Below, piece by piece: positions 18,535 to 28,825 of a stretch of 64,000 nucleotides of DNA. Numbering within the stretch: position 1 is the stretch's first letter; the number at the start of each line of letters is the position of its first letter. The DNA is from Thermoanaerobaculia bacterium (GTDB lineage Bacteria > Acidobacteriota > Thermoanaerobaculia > Multivoradales > Multivoraceae). The stretch is taken from NCBI GenBank assembly GCA_963664405.1, contig OY761158.1, positions 6,208,001 to 6,272,000 on the forward strand, read 5' to 3'. A program made the position numbers and the translations under genes. Under the pieces are notes generated by a model. That model made no database searches. It saw nothing but the letters and a program-made list of their open reading frames with translations, and was not told where the DNA came from.

Positions 18535-19584
18535 TTGAAAGTTGCTCTACAAGCCAGTCCCTACAACCGGGTTGATCTGTTTGAAGCCGCCGGTTTCGAA
18601 GTCGTCGAGGCTCTTTGTCGAAATGAAGACGCCCTGATCGAGCTGCTCCGAGATGCCGATGGAGCGCAGGTGGGAACGCTGCCGCTCACCTCGCGCACCG
18701 TGCTCGAACAGTGTCCGAAGCTCAAAGTCGTCAGCCGGATGGGAGTGGGGGTGGATTCGATCGATCTCGACGCCGCCACCGAGCTCGGCATTCTCGCCTG
18801 CAATGTGCCTGGTGCCAACACCGCGGAAGTCGCCGACCACGCGATGGCGATGATGCTGGCGTTGACCCGCCGTCTCTACGACGCCGTACGCACCACTCGC
18901 GAGGGTGCCTGGAGCCAGGATCGCAGTCTCACCCTTCGCTATTTCGAGACCGTGCGGCGCATCGCCGCCCATACGGTCGGCATCATCGGCTTCGGCAATA
19001 TCGGCCGCGCCTTCGCCACCCGCATCCGCGGCTTCGGACCGTCTCGCATCATCGCCTGTGATCCGTATGTGAATCAGTCGACGGCCGACCTATATGGTGT
19101 AGAGCTGGTACCGCTCGAAGCGCTGCTCTCCGACGCCGACTACATCACCATCCATTGCTCCTCGACCGCCGAGACCCGTCATCTGATCAACTCCGAGACT
19201 CTCGCCTTGATGAAGCCGACGGCCCTGCTGGTCAACACCTCCCGTGGTCCTGTAGTGGACGGGGCCGCCCTAGCTCGAGCCCTCGAGGGCGGCCAGATCG
19301 AGGCCGCGGGCATCGACGTCACCGAGAGGGAGCCGATCTCTCCCGACGATCCCTTGCTGAAACTGCCCAACTGTCTGGTGACGCCGCACATCGCCGGGTT
19401 CTCCCCTGTCTTTCTAGGTGAGTGCCCGATTCGTCAGGCCGAGAATGTCATTCGAGTGCTCACCGGCGAGGCGCCTCATGGTCTGGCCAATCCCGAAGTG
19501 ATCAAGACCATCGCGGTCCTGCGCGCGACCGAGCCAGGCCGCTGGCAGGGGGTGGCGGACTTCTCAACGGCATTGGCCGTTTAG
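18535..19584 (+). CDS. D-isomer-specific 2-hydroxyacid dehydrogenase (SerA/CtBP-like)
   Basis: GVGVDSID, VGIIGFGNIG, LVNTSRG, DVTEREP, VTPHIAG; TTG start with GGGAGG RBS. Confidence 0.85.
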   Translation: MKVALQASPYNRVDLFEAAGFEVVEALCRNEDALIELLRDADGAQVGTLPLTSRTVLEQCPKLKVVSRMGVGVDSIDLDAATELGILACNVPGANTAEVADHAMAMMLALTRRLYDAVRTTREGAWSQDRSLTLRYFETVRRIAAHTVGIIGFGNIGRAFATRIRGFGPSRIIACDPYVNQSTADLYGVELVPLEALLSDADYITIHCSSTAETRHLINSETLALMKPTALLVNTSRGPVVDGAALARALEGGQIEAAGIDVTEREPISPDDPLLKLPNCLVTPHIAGFSPVFLGECPIRQAENVIRVLTGEAPHGLANPEVIKTIAVLRATEPGRWQGVADFSTALAV

Positions 19585-19667
19585 GCGATCCTTTTCCTCT
19601 TCTAAGCACTGGCCTCGGGGCTGTCTCCTCAGTTATGATGCCCCGCCATGGAAGGAAGAACCATCTC

Positions 19668-20543
19668 GTGAACTACGTCGCCCCAACCTCTGTCGAGGAA
19701 GCCGTCGAGCTTCTTTCGTCTGCCGCTGATTCCCGTGTTCTTGCGGGTGCAACCGACTGGATTCCTCAGCTGCGAGCGGGCCGGCCGGAGCCCGAGCTTC
19801 TGGTAGATCTCAAGCGCATCCCACGCTTGCTCGAGATCGGCCGAGACGGCGATGGCACCTGGACGATCGGTGCGGCGGCGCCCGCCGCCGCGGTCGTCGC
19901 CAATGAAGGCCTCCGAGCCGCTTTTCCAGGGCTAACGGAGGCGAGCTCTCTGATCGGCTCGGATCAGATCCAGAATCGAGCCAGTCTCGGCGGCAACCTC
20001 TGCAACGCCTCTCCGGCGGCCGACACCGTGCCGTCGATGATCGTCAACGAGGGCCGCGCCGTCTTCACTTCGAGCGGCGGCACGAGGGTGGTACCGGTTG
20101 CGGAAGTTGTGACCGGTCCTGGGTCGACCTCACTTCAGCCGGGTGAGTTTCTTGTCGAGCTGCTCTTCGACAGCCCGCCGGCACGGACCGGCGACGCCTA
20201 TCTTCGATTCATTCCTCGCACCGAGATGGACATCGCGGTGGTCGGCGCCGCCGCGCGGATCTCTGTCGACGAGAACGGTGTCTGCACCGCCGCAACGATC
20301 GCGCTCGGCGCTGTCGCCCCGACGGTGGTGCGAGTCCCCGCGGCGGAAGAAGCGCTGGTCGGGAGCCCGATCAATGACGATACCCTTGCCTCCGTCGAGA
20401 GCGCCGCGAGCGAGGCCTGCAATCCGATCGACGATAAACGAGGCACCATAGCGTTCCGGCGCCAGGTTGCCGGTGTTCTCGCCAAGCGAGCCGTGCTACT
20501 GGCGGCGCAGCGTGCGCAGCAAAGGGATGGAGGACAGGCGTGA
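19668..20543 (+). CDS. Xanthine dehydrogenase family FAD-binding subunit (CoxM-like)
   Basis: LAGATDWIP, QIQNRASLGGNLCNASPAAD. Confidence 0.88.
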   Translation: MNYVAPTSVEEAVELLSSAADSRVLAGATDWIPQLRAGRPEPELLVDLKRIPRLLEIGRDGDGTWTIGAAAPAAAVVANEGLRAAFPGLTEASSLIGSDQIQNRASLGGNLCNASPAADTVPSMIVNEGRAVFTSSGGTRVVPVAEVVTGPGSTSLQPGEFLVELLFDSPPARTGDAYLRFIPRTEMDIAVVGAAARISVDENGVCTAATIALGAVAPTVVRVPAAEEALVGSPINDDTLASVESAASEACNPIDDKRGTIAFRRQVAGVLAKRAVLLAAQRAQQRDGGQA

Positions 20544-21019
20544 GTCGCATACAAGTAACCTGCACGATCAACGGCGACGAGACCGAGTTTCTTTGCGACC
20601 CGGACCAGTCTCTGCTCGACGCCTTGCGCGACGAGCTCCTGCTCACTGGAGCCAAAGAAGGCTGTGGTACCGGCGACTGTGGCGCGTGCTCGATCATCTT
20701 CGACGGCAAGCTCAACTGCTCGTGTCTTATCTTCGCGCCGGAGGCCGAAGGCCGGACCATCACCACTGTTGAAGGCCTTGCCATCGGCAGCGAGCTTCAC
20801 CCGCTGCAGCAGTGCTTCCTCGAGGGCGCGGCATTGCAATGTGGCGTTTGCACCCCGGGTTTCTTGATTGCGGCCAAAGCGTTGCTTGACGAGAACCCCG
20901 ATCCCACCGAAACCGAGGTCCGCTATGGCCTCGCCGGAAACCTCTGCCGCTGCACCGGCTACGACAAGATCGTCAGCTCGGTGCTCGAAGCGGCTTCACA
21001 GCTGAGGGAGAGCGCATGA
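20540..21019 (+). CDS. Xanthine dehydrogenase family 2Fe-2S subunit (CoxS-like)
   Basis: GCGTGDCGAC, QCGVCTPG, GNLCRCTGY. Confidence 0.92.
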   Translation: MSRIQVTCTINGDETEFLCDPDQSLLDALRDELLLTGAKEGCGTGDCGACSIIFDGKLNCSCLIFAPEAEGRTITTVEGLAIGSELHPLQQCFLEGAALQCGVCTPGFLIAAKALLDENPDPTETEVRYGLAGNLCRCTGYDKIVSSVLEAASQLRESA

Positions 21020-23295
21020 CGATTACCGAAGACGCGGCCAAGGCCGAGAAGGCTCTGAAGTACATCGGGACCCGGCCCGTCCGCCCCGACGGTGTCGACA
21101 AGGTAACAGGTAAGGCGCGCTTCGCTGCCGATCTCAGGCTCCCGGGCATGCTCGCCGGCTTTGTGCTGCGCTCCCCCCACGCTCACGCCAGGATCGTGTC
21201 GGTCGATACCTCTGCCGCCACCGGAATGCCCGGAGTGAAGGCGGTCATAACCGCCGCTGACTTTCCAGAGCTCGATCCCGGTGACCCGAATCACCGAAAC
21301 TCGAACAACCTGATGGCCCGCGACAAGGTGCTCTACGAAGGGCATGTGGTGGCGGCGGTGGCTGCTTCCACCGGCCGCGAAGCCAAGGCCGCGGCCGAAG
21401 CGATCGCGATCGAGTACGAAGTACTGCCCCATGTGCTCACAGTCGACGAGGCGATGGCCGAGGGTGCGCCTGTTCTACATGCCGATCTCATCACCCAGAA
21501 CGTCGAGCCTGAGGCGACCGAAGCCTCGAACGTGAGCAAGCGCACCTTGCTCGAGCGCGGCGACCTCGAGGCCGGCTTCGCCGAAGCCGACGTGGTGATC
21601 GAGCGTGATTTCTACACCAAGCCGGTCCATCAGGGCTACATCGAGCCCCACGCGGTGGTCGCCGATTCCAGCCCCGATGAAAAGTCGGTGGTCTGGTGCT
21701 CTTCGCAGGGTCATTTTCGCGTCCGCTCGCAGACAGCCGGCATGCTGGGCTGGGAGCCGTCGCAGATCAAAGTCCTACCCGCCGAGATCGGTGGGGGATT
21801 CGGGGGAAAGACCACGATCTATCTCGAGCCGCTGGCGGTGAAGCTGTCGCACATGGCGAATCGGCCGGTCAAGCTGGTGATGGGCCGCGACGAGGTCTTT
21901 CGTGCTACCGGTCCGACCCCTGGCACCCACATCCGCGTCAAGCTCGGAGCCCGCAAAGACGGCACGCTGGTAGCCGGCAAGGCATGGCTTGCCTATGAGA
22001 ACGGTGCCTTCCCTGGGCCCTGGGGCATGCTCGGTTCCTGGACCATCTTCGCTCCCTACAAGATCCCCAACTTCCTCATCGAGGGATACGACGTTTGTGT
22101 CAACAAGCCGGTGAATATTGCCTATAGAGCGCCCTCGGCGCCGATGGCGGCCTTCGCCACCGAGACGATTCTCGACGAGATCGCGGTCGAGCTCGGTATC
22201 GATCCGCTCGATCTGAGGCTGCAGAACGCGGCCGAAGAAGGGGATCTCACCGTCCAGGGACCGCCGTACCCACGCATCGGGTGTAAGGAGACCCTCGAAG
22301 CGATCCGCAATCATCCTCACTACTCGGCGCCTCTTGGCCCCAACCAGGGGCGTGGTGTGGCAACGGGTTATTGGTTCAACATCGGTGAGGCTTCGAGTGC
22401 CACGGTACACATCACCGAGAACGGCGACGCCATCGTCAACACAGGTAGTCCCGATATCGGAGGCTCTCGCGCGTCGATGGCGCTCTTTGCCGCCGAGGAG
22501 CTCGGCATCCACCCAGATCGCATTCAGTCGGGGGTCGCAGACACCGAATCTGTCGGCTTTACCGACACCAGTGAGGGCAGCCGCACCACCTACGCGACCG
22601 GCTGGGCGGTGGTCGAGGCCTGTCGTGGGCTGGTCACCGAGCTGCGAGGCAGAGCGGCGAAGATGTGGGGAGTCGAGGCCGATGAGGTCGAATGGGCCGA
22701 TGGCGAGGCGCGACATACCAAGGGCGATCATGAGCCACTTCCGCTCGCCCAGATCGCGGCCGAAGCGAAGCAGACGGGCGGTCCGCTGAGCTCCAGCGCA
22801 TCGCTCAACGCTCAGGGAGCTGGTCCGGCTTTTTGCACTCAAGTCTGCGATCTGGAGGTCGATCCCGAGACCGGGCTGGTCACCATTCTTCGCTTCACCA
22901 CTGCCCAGGACGCGGGTCGTGCCATTCACCCCAGCTATGTCGAGGGGCAGATGCAGGGCGGTGTGGCCCAGGGGATCGGTTGGGCGCTCAACGAGGAGTA
23001 CATTCACGACTCGAAGGGTGTGATGGAGAATGCGAGCTTTCTCGACTATCGGATGCCGGTGGCGTCCGACCTGCCGATGATCGACACCGTCATCGTCGAG
23101 GTGCCGAACCCGATTCACCCCTACGGTGTTCGTGGTGTCGGCGAGGTCGGCATCGTGCCTCCCATCCCCGCAATCGCCAATGCCATCCACCAGGCCGTCG
23201 GTTGCCGTCTCAACGAGCTGCCGATGTCACCTCCCCGCGTACTCGCCGCGATCACCAACGGAAACGGTAACGGCAGCGGCAACGGCAGCGGCTAG
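21016..23295 (+). CDS. Xanthine dehydrogenase family molybdopterin-binding subunit
   Basis: KVTGKARF, GGGFGGK, EGQMQGG, GVGE; active-site loop AYRAPSA. Confidence 0.9.
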   Translation: MTITEDAAKAEKALKYIGTRPVRPDGVDKVTGKARFAADLRLPGMLAGFVLRSPHAHARIVSVDTSAATGMPGVKAVITAADFPELDPGDPNHRNSNNLMARDKVLYEGHVVAAVAASTGREAKAAAEAIAIEYEVLPHVLTVDEAMAEGAPVLHADLITQNVEPEATEASNVSKRTLLERGDLEAGFAEADVVIERDFYTKPVHQGYIEPHAVVADSSPDEKSVVWCSSQGHFRVRSQTAGMLGWEPSQIKVLPAEIGGGFGGKTTIYLEPLAVKLSHMANRPVKLVMGRDEVFRATGPTPGTHIRVKLGARKDGTLVAGKAWLAYENGAFPGPWGMLGSWTIFAPYKIPNFLIEGYDVCVNKPVNIAYRAPSAPMAAFATETILDEIAVELGIDPLDLRLQNAAEEGDLTVQGPPYPRIGCKETLEAIRNHPHYSAPLGPNQGRGVATGYWFNIGEASSATVHITENGDAIVNTGSPDIGGSRASMALFAAEELGIHPDRIQSGVADTESVGFTDTSEGSRTTYATGWAVVEACRGLVTELRGRAAKMWGVEADEVEWADGEARHTKGDHEPLPLAQIAAEAKQTGGPLSSSASLNAQGAGPAFCTQVCDLEVDPETGLVTILRFTTAQDAGRAIHPSYVEGQMQGGVAQGIGWALNEEYIHDSKGVMENASFLDYRMPVASDLPMIDTVIVEVPNPIHPYGVRGVGEVGIVPPIPAIANAIHQAVGCRLNELPMSPPRVLAAITNGNGNGSGNGSG

Positions 23296-23538
23296 ATGGC
23301 GCACGTCTTCCTCGGCACCGAACATCGCCGTTTTACCGACGGCGTGGCTGAGGTCGATGTGGAAGCCGCCACGGTGAAAGAGCTGATCGCGAAGCTCGAG
23401 GTCCGGTTCCCAGGGATTGGCAGAGAGCTCGAGGGCAACGCTGTCGCCATCAATGGCGAGGTCATCGCCTACGCTACCTACGAGCGGGTGCCGGAAGGGG
23501 CGGAGATCTACTTCGTTCCAGCCGCCAGCGGCGGCTGA
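23296..23538 (+). CDS. MoaD/ThiS family sulfur carrier
   Basis: 80 aa ubiquitin-like protein ending in GG. Confidence 0.82.
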   Translation: MAHVFLGTEHRRFTDGVAEVDVEAATVKELIAKLEVRFPGIGRELEGNAVAINGEVIAYATYERVPEGAEIYFVPAASGG

Positions 23539-23557
23539 GCAGGTTCTGCCGAGGGGC

Positions 23558-23827
23558 CTAAGCGACCTTTCTGGCCTTCGTGGCTCTGTCCAGATCCCAG
23601 GTGGCCTGCAGGTTCATCCACAGCTTCGGAGATGTGCCTAGCGCGTCGGCAAGATCCAACGCCGCGTCCGCCGTTATGCCTCGCTTCCCCTTGATCAGCT
23701 CGTTCAGCCGGGCTCTGGTCCAGCCGACCTCCCCGGCGAATGCCGTCTGAGTGACACCTTGCGGCACGAGAAACTCCTCGAGCAAGATCTCCCCTGGGTG
23801 AAACGGGTTCTTTGGTTGTCTTGCCAT
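23558..23827 (-). CDS. higA: HigA antitoxin (Xre HTH)
   Basis: PFHPGEILLEEFL...GKRGITADAAL...LWMNLQ. Confidence 0.88.
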   Translation of the reverse strand: MARQPKNPFHPGEILLEEFLVPQGVTQTAFAGEVGWTRARLNELIKGKRGITADAALDLADALGTSPKLWMNLQATWDLDRATKARKVA

Positions 23828-23841
23828 CGCTTGCACTCCAG

Positions 23842-24135
23842 TCAGTGATAGTCGACCACTTGAGCATTGAAAGCATTGCCGCCGCTCCAACGAAAGACCA
23901 CTCTCCATTGATCGTTGATGCGGATGGAGTAGAAGTCCTTCCAACGCCCCTTGAGCCGCTCGAGCCGATTACCTGGTGGTGGCATTGCTAGGTCTCTCAG
24001 CTCAGCTGCGTCATGCAGGTAGAGGAGCTTTCGACGAGCGACCCTGCGCAGCTCAGGAGGAAACGACCTCGTGGCCTTTGTTCGCCGGTCATCAAAGAGG
24101 TCTTCGGCCAGAGCGTTCCCGAAGGTCTCGATCAC
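23842..24135 (-). CDS. higB: HigB (RelE-like) toxin
   Basis: PPGNRLERLKG...YSIRINDQWRVVF...VDYH; toxin-first gene order. Confidence 0.88.
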   Translation of the reverse strand: MIETFGNALAEDLFDDRRTKATRSFPPELRRVARRKLLYLHDAAELRDLAMPPPGNRLERLKGRWKDFYSIRINDQWRVVFRWSGGNAFNAQVVDYH

Positions 24136-24296
24136 TTTTTCTAGGTTATCGAAACTCGATAACAATTTCAAATAAGCAGGCTTGGCGAGTCAGTGAAGAG
24201 ATTCTTGGGGCCAGCGGCCGTACGCCAACTAAGACCGAGGGCGCGGCCCGGGTCCAAAACTCCGCGGCGACCGGCACTACGAGCGGCAAAGCGAAG

Positions 24297-24569
24297 GTGG
24301 ACCAGCCCGGTGAGAAGAAGGCGCCTCGCTGCAGACGCTGTGGGTCTTCAGATCACGAGGGCAACGACTGTTCGGTGTGGCCGCCGGGTATCGGAGAGGC
24401 GCTCTCGGTCAACGCCGGCCAGGGCGGAGGGCTTCACAACCTCACCGCCAAGCGGCTCGAGCCTTCTCCCGAGGTCGCCGACTTGCCGAAGACCGATTGG
24501 GGAGTGCCGATCCTCTCCAAGATGACGCCCAGCCGGAAGGCCGAGTTTCTGAAACTCTTGGGCTTCTAG
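24297..24569 (+). CDS. Small hypothetical protein with a CCHC zinc knuckle
   Basis: CRRCGSSDHEGNDC = CX2CX4HX4C; start codon uncertain. Confidence 0.45.
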   Translation: MDQPGEKKAPRCRRCGSSDHEGNDCSVWPPGIGEALSVNAGQGGGLHNLTAKRLEPSPEVADLPKTDWGVPILSKMTPSRKAEFLKLLGF

Positions 24570-24676
24570 AATCCGTCCAAGGAGAGATCGACCGATCTCG
24601 CCATTTCGGAGCGCCTTGGCGCTACGATGGCGACGACCGACTGGGACCCTACCCGAGCGAGGAGATGGAGAGGACT

Positions 24677-25456
24677 ATGTCTGAGCCAGTACTGCTAGTC
24701 GACAAGACGGATGGGATTGCCACCCTGACCTTGAATCGCCCGGACAAGCTGAACGCGCTTTCGGTGGAGTTGCGCGAAGCCTTGGCCGAGGAGATCGTGA
24801 GCGTGCGGGATGACCGCGATATCGGCGTCGTGATCCTCACCGGCGCGGGCCGCGCCTTCTGTGCCGGCTTGGATCTCAAGGAGATGGGTGACCCTGATGG
24901 CCCCAGAACGCGCGTGCCGGATCCCCCATTACTCTTGCGCTCGCTTCGCCAGCCGGTGATCGGCGCTATCAACGGCCTGGCTGTCACCGGGGGGCTCGAG
25001 ATCTCGCTCTCGTGCGACCTTTTGATTGTCACGCCGGAGACCCGTTTCGCGGATACCCACGCCCGCGTTGGCATTCTCGCCGGCTGGGGATTGTCGCAGC
25101 GTCTCGCCCGCGCCGTCGGACTGAATCGAGCCAAAGAGCTTTCCCTCACCGGAAACTACCTCAGCGCCGAACGAGCCTACGATTGGGGCTTGGTCAATCG
25201 CATCGTGCTCAGGGACGAGCTCTTGCCGACCTGCCGCTCACTGGCAAAGGACATGCTCTCCTGTGTGCCTGAAGCGATGTTTCAGTACAAGCGGATGATC
25301 GATCGCGGCTTCGACCTCGCTCTGGGCGACGCCATGACCTATGAGCTCGAGATGTCCCATATGTATCGGGGACCGCGTCCCGAGACTGTCGCGGAGCGAC
25401 TCTCGGGAGTGCAGGCGCGAGGGCGCGAACAGGCCTACGGATCGGATCAAGACTGA
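24677..25456 (+). CDS. Enoyl-CoA hydratase/isomerase
   Basis: LNRPDKLNAL, AFCAGLDL, GGLE, FADTHARVG. Confidence 0.9.
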   Translation: MSEPVLLVDKTDGIATLTLNRPDKLNALSVELREALAEEIVSVRDDRDIGVVILTGAGRAFCAGLDLKEMGDPDGPRTRVPDPPLLLRSLRQPVIGAINGLAVTGGLEISLSCDLLIVTPETRFADTHARVGILAGWGLSQRLARAVGLNRAKELSLTGNYLSAERAYDWGLVNRIVLRDELLPTCRSLAKDMLSCVPEAMFQYKRMIDRGFDLALGDAMTYELEMSHMYRGPRPETVAERLSGVQARGREQAYGSDQD

Positions 25457-25482
25457 GCCTTGCTCGGAGCGAGGCAGTAAGC

Positions 25483-26610
25483 ATGATTGGCGGCGTCGTT
25501 GGTAGTCCCGAACAATCGGGTGTGGATCCCGAGGGGTTGGAGGCGGCAATCGGGCTACTCGAGAATCAAAGAGAGGCGGGTCTGCACGATGGAGCGCAAC
25601 TCTTTGTAGCTCGCAACGGCAAGGCCGTACTCGATGTGGCTGTCGGTGAGGCCCAGCCGGGTGTGCCGCTCACAACCGACTCTGTGATGCTGTGGTTCTC
25701 GGCCTCCAAGCCCTTGACCGCTGTCGCTATCGCCAAGCTCGTGGAGCGAGGGAAACTGGCTCTGGAGGACCGCGTACAGAGCATCATTCCGGAGTTCGCC
25801 AACGGTAAAGAATCGGTGACCGTCCAGCACATCTTGACCCATACCGGCGGCTTCCCGATGCAGCGGTACCCCTTTTTGCGCTACGGCTGGGACCGCGTCA
25901 TTCACGACATTTGCGAGGAGCCGGCCGAGTACGAGCCGGGAAGTGCCGCCGGCTATCACCCGCTTTCGGGCTGGTGCGTCCTGGGTGAGATCGTTCGCCG
26001 CGTCGACGGTCGCCCGATCGAGGTCTATCTCGACGAAGAGATCTTCACCCCGTTGGGAATGGCGGACACCAGCCTTGGCGTCAGCCCGGCGCGTGCCGCG
26101 GAGCTGGGTCCTCGCTTGTCCCGTATCGCCGAGAAAATCGAGCCGGTCACCGGTGCGGAGGCCTGGAACGATCCGCGAGCCCTTCCTCGTACTCTGCCTG
26201 GAGGGAGCGGCTACGGCTCCGCCCACGACCTGGGCAAGTTCTATATGACTCTGGGGAACGGAGGCGAGCTCGAAGGCTCTCGCATTTTGAAAGAACAAAC
26301 GGTGGAGCTCTTCACCTCCGTTCATCGCTGCGGCATGGTGGACCACACCCTCAGCAGAGGAGGTTGGGAAGTCTCACCCACCTGGGGCTTGGGGTTCTCG
26401 AAAGGTGTCGACGCCAAGGTCGCCACCAGTTTCGGCCGCCTCAGCACCGCCGCGGCCTATGGGCACGGTGGAATGCGGAGCTCTGTCGGCTTTTTCGAGC
26501 CCAGTCGAGATCTGGCGGTGGTCATCGTCACCAATGGGCTCCCCTCCGAGATCGAGAACGCACGTCGTTTGTGCGAGATCTCGGACGCCGTTCACAGTGC
26601 CTGTACCTGA
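25483..26610 (+). CDS. Serine hydrolase, beta-lactamase/esterase fold
   Basis: FSASK (SxxK), ILTHTGG, YH, GHGG. Confidence 0.85.
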   Translation: MIGGVVGSPEQSGVDPEGLEAAIGLLENQREAGLHDGAQLFVARNGKAVLDVAVGEAQPGVPLTTDSVMLWFSASKPLTAVAIAKLVERGKLALEDRVQSIIPEFANGKESVTVQHILTHTGGFPMQRYPFLRYGWDRVIHDICEEPAEYEPGSAAGYHPLSGWCVLGEIVRRVDGRPIEVYLDEEIFTPLGMADTSLGVSPARAAELGPRLSRIAEKIEPVTGAEAWNDPRALPRTLPGGSGYGSAHDLGKFYMTLGNGGELEGSRILKEQTVELFTSVHRCGMVDHTLSRGGWEVSPTWGLGFSKGVDAKVATSFGRLSTAAAYGHGGMRSSVGFFEPSRDLAVVIVTNGLPSEIENARRLCEISDAVHSACT

Positions 26611-26649
26611 ACTCAGCGCACTGAGGCGTAGCGGTCCGCCTCACACTTG

Positions 26650-27063
26650 TCAGCGCGAGGCCGGCAGCACGTTGTCGACGAAGACACGCGGCTGTATAGC
26701 CGTGACTCCCTCGTAAGGAGAGACGTCAAGGAGGTCTCGGTCGCCACTCACGATGTACTCAACTGCTGCGGCCACAGCGCATGCGAGGAACTTGTCGGCG
26801 TCGGGATCGCGAGAGACCGGGCGAGGTAGAGATCGCGAAGCAAAAAGGATCGCCGAGGCGGCGACAAGATCCATTGCAGGGGCCAGGTCCACTCCTGGAA
26901 ACTGAGCCGAGAGCTCTTCGCTTACGCGGACATATTCCTCGATGATCTGGTGAGAGATGACGACTTCCACTCTCCTGTCGCGCCAGGCTTCGAGGATCTG
27001 ATCTGGCGGTCCGCCGAAGAACACGCCGGATATGAAGACATTTGTGTCGAGAACGATCTTCAC
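26650..27063 (-). CDS. PIN-domain toxin
   Basis: IVLDTNVFISG...RDPDADKFL...IVSGDRDLL. Confidence 0.85.
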   Translation of the reverse strand: MKIVLDTNVFISGVFFGGPPDQILEAWRDRRVEVVISHQIIEEYVRVSEELSAQFPGVDLAPAMDLVAASAILFASRSLPRPVSRDPDADKFLACAVAAAVEYIVSGDRDLLDVSPYEGVTAIQPRVFVDNVLPASR

Positions 27064-27320
27064 CGCGATCGCACGGACTCGATGGCCGCAGCGACGTCGG
27101 AGCGCTTCAGTCCGGCGCGGCGCGCAGCCTCTCTAGCACGGGCGATAACCTCATCGAATTGGCGCATCGAGGGGAAGGTGATCGGCTTCAGAACGACCGT
27201 ATCTCCTTCCCCGAGAACAATGAGCTCTACGCCAGGCTCGAGGCCTAGCCTCTTTCGGATCGCTTCCGGGATCACGACCTGCCCCTTCGAGGACATTCTG
27301 GTTGTAGCCACTTCGCTCAT
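27060..27320 (-). CDS. AbrB/MazE/SpoVT antitoxin
   Basis: MSSKGQVVIPEAIRKRLGL. Confidence 0.85.
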   Translation of the reverse strand: MSEVATTRMSSKGQVVIPEAIRKRLGLEPGVELIVLGEGDTVVLKPITFPSMRQFDEVIARAREAARRAGLKRSDVAAAIESVRSR

Positions 27321-27425
27321 GGTTGGATCTTACCAGTAAGACTCGGGCGGTGCGCCACCCGATCTCGATGGACGTCGCTGGCAGCGAGTGCTATTGGCAA
27401 GAGCGATCTCATGTTTCACGCTCCT

Positions 27426-28043
27426 CTATGAGTCCGATCTCTCGAGGAGTCCAGCGACCAGGTAGTCGGCGAACTGGGTGCCGATGTAGTCGGCGCTTCG
27501 ACGCCCGCCGGGCTGAAACCACCTCACTGTCCAGTTGACCGCGCCCAAGAGAGCCAACGACGCCAGTTTTGGATCAACCGACGACAGGGTGCCGTCCTTC
27601 ACTCCCTGGCGAATGATACGCCGCCAGATCTTCTCGTAGGCATCGCGTTGGCTCAGCATCTCGGCGCGGCGCTCGGGCGCTACCCCCTCGATCTCGAGAT
27701 GGGCGAGAGAGCCCGGGATGGTTTTGTTGAGCACGACGACGTGGCCTTTCACCATCCGTCGAAGCTTTTCGTCGCTTGGGATCTCGAGCGACGCAACCTC
27801 GTTGGCCAGTTTCAGGAGCTCGCGCAAGGTTTCCTCCTGGCAGTAGGCGATCAGATCTCCTTTGTTTTCGAAGTAGTAGTAGAGGTTGCTGGCGTGCATG
27901 CCGAGCTCTGCAGCGATCTGGCGCATGCCGGCCGCGTGGACGCCGTGGCGACGGAAGACAACGAAGGCGGCCTCGAGGATCCGGCGTTTCTGTGCACCGG
28001 CGCGAGGTGTGGTTGCGCGTGGGGAGGAAGGTGTTTGAACCAC
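27426..28043 (-). CDS. TetR family regulator (KstR2-like C-terminus)
   Basis: HTH with LYYYFENK; LGAVNWTVRWF. Confidence 0.85.
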   Translation of the reverse strand: MVQTPSSPRATTPRAGAQKRRILEAAFVVFRRHGVHAAGMRQIAAELGMHASNLYYYFENKGDLIAYCQEETLRELLKLANEVASLEIPSDEKLRRMVKGHVVVLNKTIPGSLAHLEIEGVAPERRAEMLSQRDAYEKIWRRIIRQGVKDGTLSSVDPKLASLALLGAVNWTVRWFQPGGRRSADYIGTQFADYLVAGLLERSDS

Positions 28044-28106
28044 TGTTCAAAGCTTGCCTGAGGGCTCAGGCAGGTGTCAACTCGTCTCGAGGTGGGATGC
28101 TGACGA

Positions 28107-28740
28107 CTATTTCTTCAGATCGCCGACCGCTGTCGAGGAGGCGCCCCAGTAAAAATACGAGATGGCGCGGCGCGAGCGATCGCTGCGATTCTCTCCCGAC
28201 CAGTGAACGGTGAGGGCGCTGTGGATCAGGGCGTCACCGGGCTGGACCGTGGCCGCAACCGCATCCTCGGAAGCCGTGTCGAAACCGGAGATCGGGAACT
28301 TGTGAGGTTGGTGCGTCTGGTGAGATCCGCGTGCGTAGTAAAGACAGCCGTTTTCGGGATCTGCCGCGTCCAGAGCCAGCCAGATAGTACAGCCGGCCTT
28401 CGGCTCGTGAGCTCTGCCGATCGCGTCCAGGTGGGGGTTCGATACCGGTCGTGGATCCGCTCGGGCGATCGAAAAAGGCCGCGGAGGCCGGTTGCAGGTC
28501 GTCTTCGAGCAGTACCTTCAATAGCTCTACGTGCTTGCCGCGCAGAAGCTGATTCTCGAACCAAGAGTCGTATTTTTCCAGACCCTTGAGGATGCCCTTG
28601 CTCTCCTTCTTTGTGAAGAGCTCGTCGGAGAGCCGCACCGCCCGGTCGCGCAGCTCGGTGAGCTCGGCGGCTGAGAGGTAGTCCGGAATGAGGGCGAAGC
28701 CGTCTCGGTCATAGGCGCGTTTGACCTCTTCGAAGTTCAC
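28107..28740 (-). pseudogene. Phytanoyl-CoA dioxygenase (PhyH) family, frameshifted at G5 28433-28437
   Basis: Removing one base restores GIEPHLD...TIWLALD...ENGCLYY..GSH...PGDALIH....VHWSGENRSDRSRRA. Confidence 0.8.
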
Positions 28741-28825
28741 GATTTTCCTCCACCAAGATGTTACACTGTTCCATGTTTTTCGGAAGCTCCCGCTCCCGCC
28801 ACGTCCTAATCCAGGGATCACCTCA

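Noticed and set aside
19668-23295. Aerobic CO dehydrogenase (coxMSL)
   Set aside because: The large-subunit loop is AYRAPSA, not the form I AYxCSFR signature; substrate unknown
25483-26610. Beta-lactam resistance gene
   Set aside because: No signal peptide and the context is lipid catabolism; more likely an esterase-type serine hydrolase
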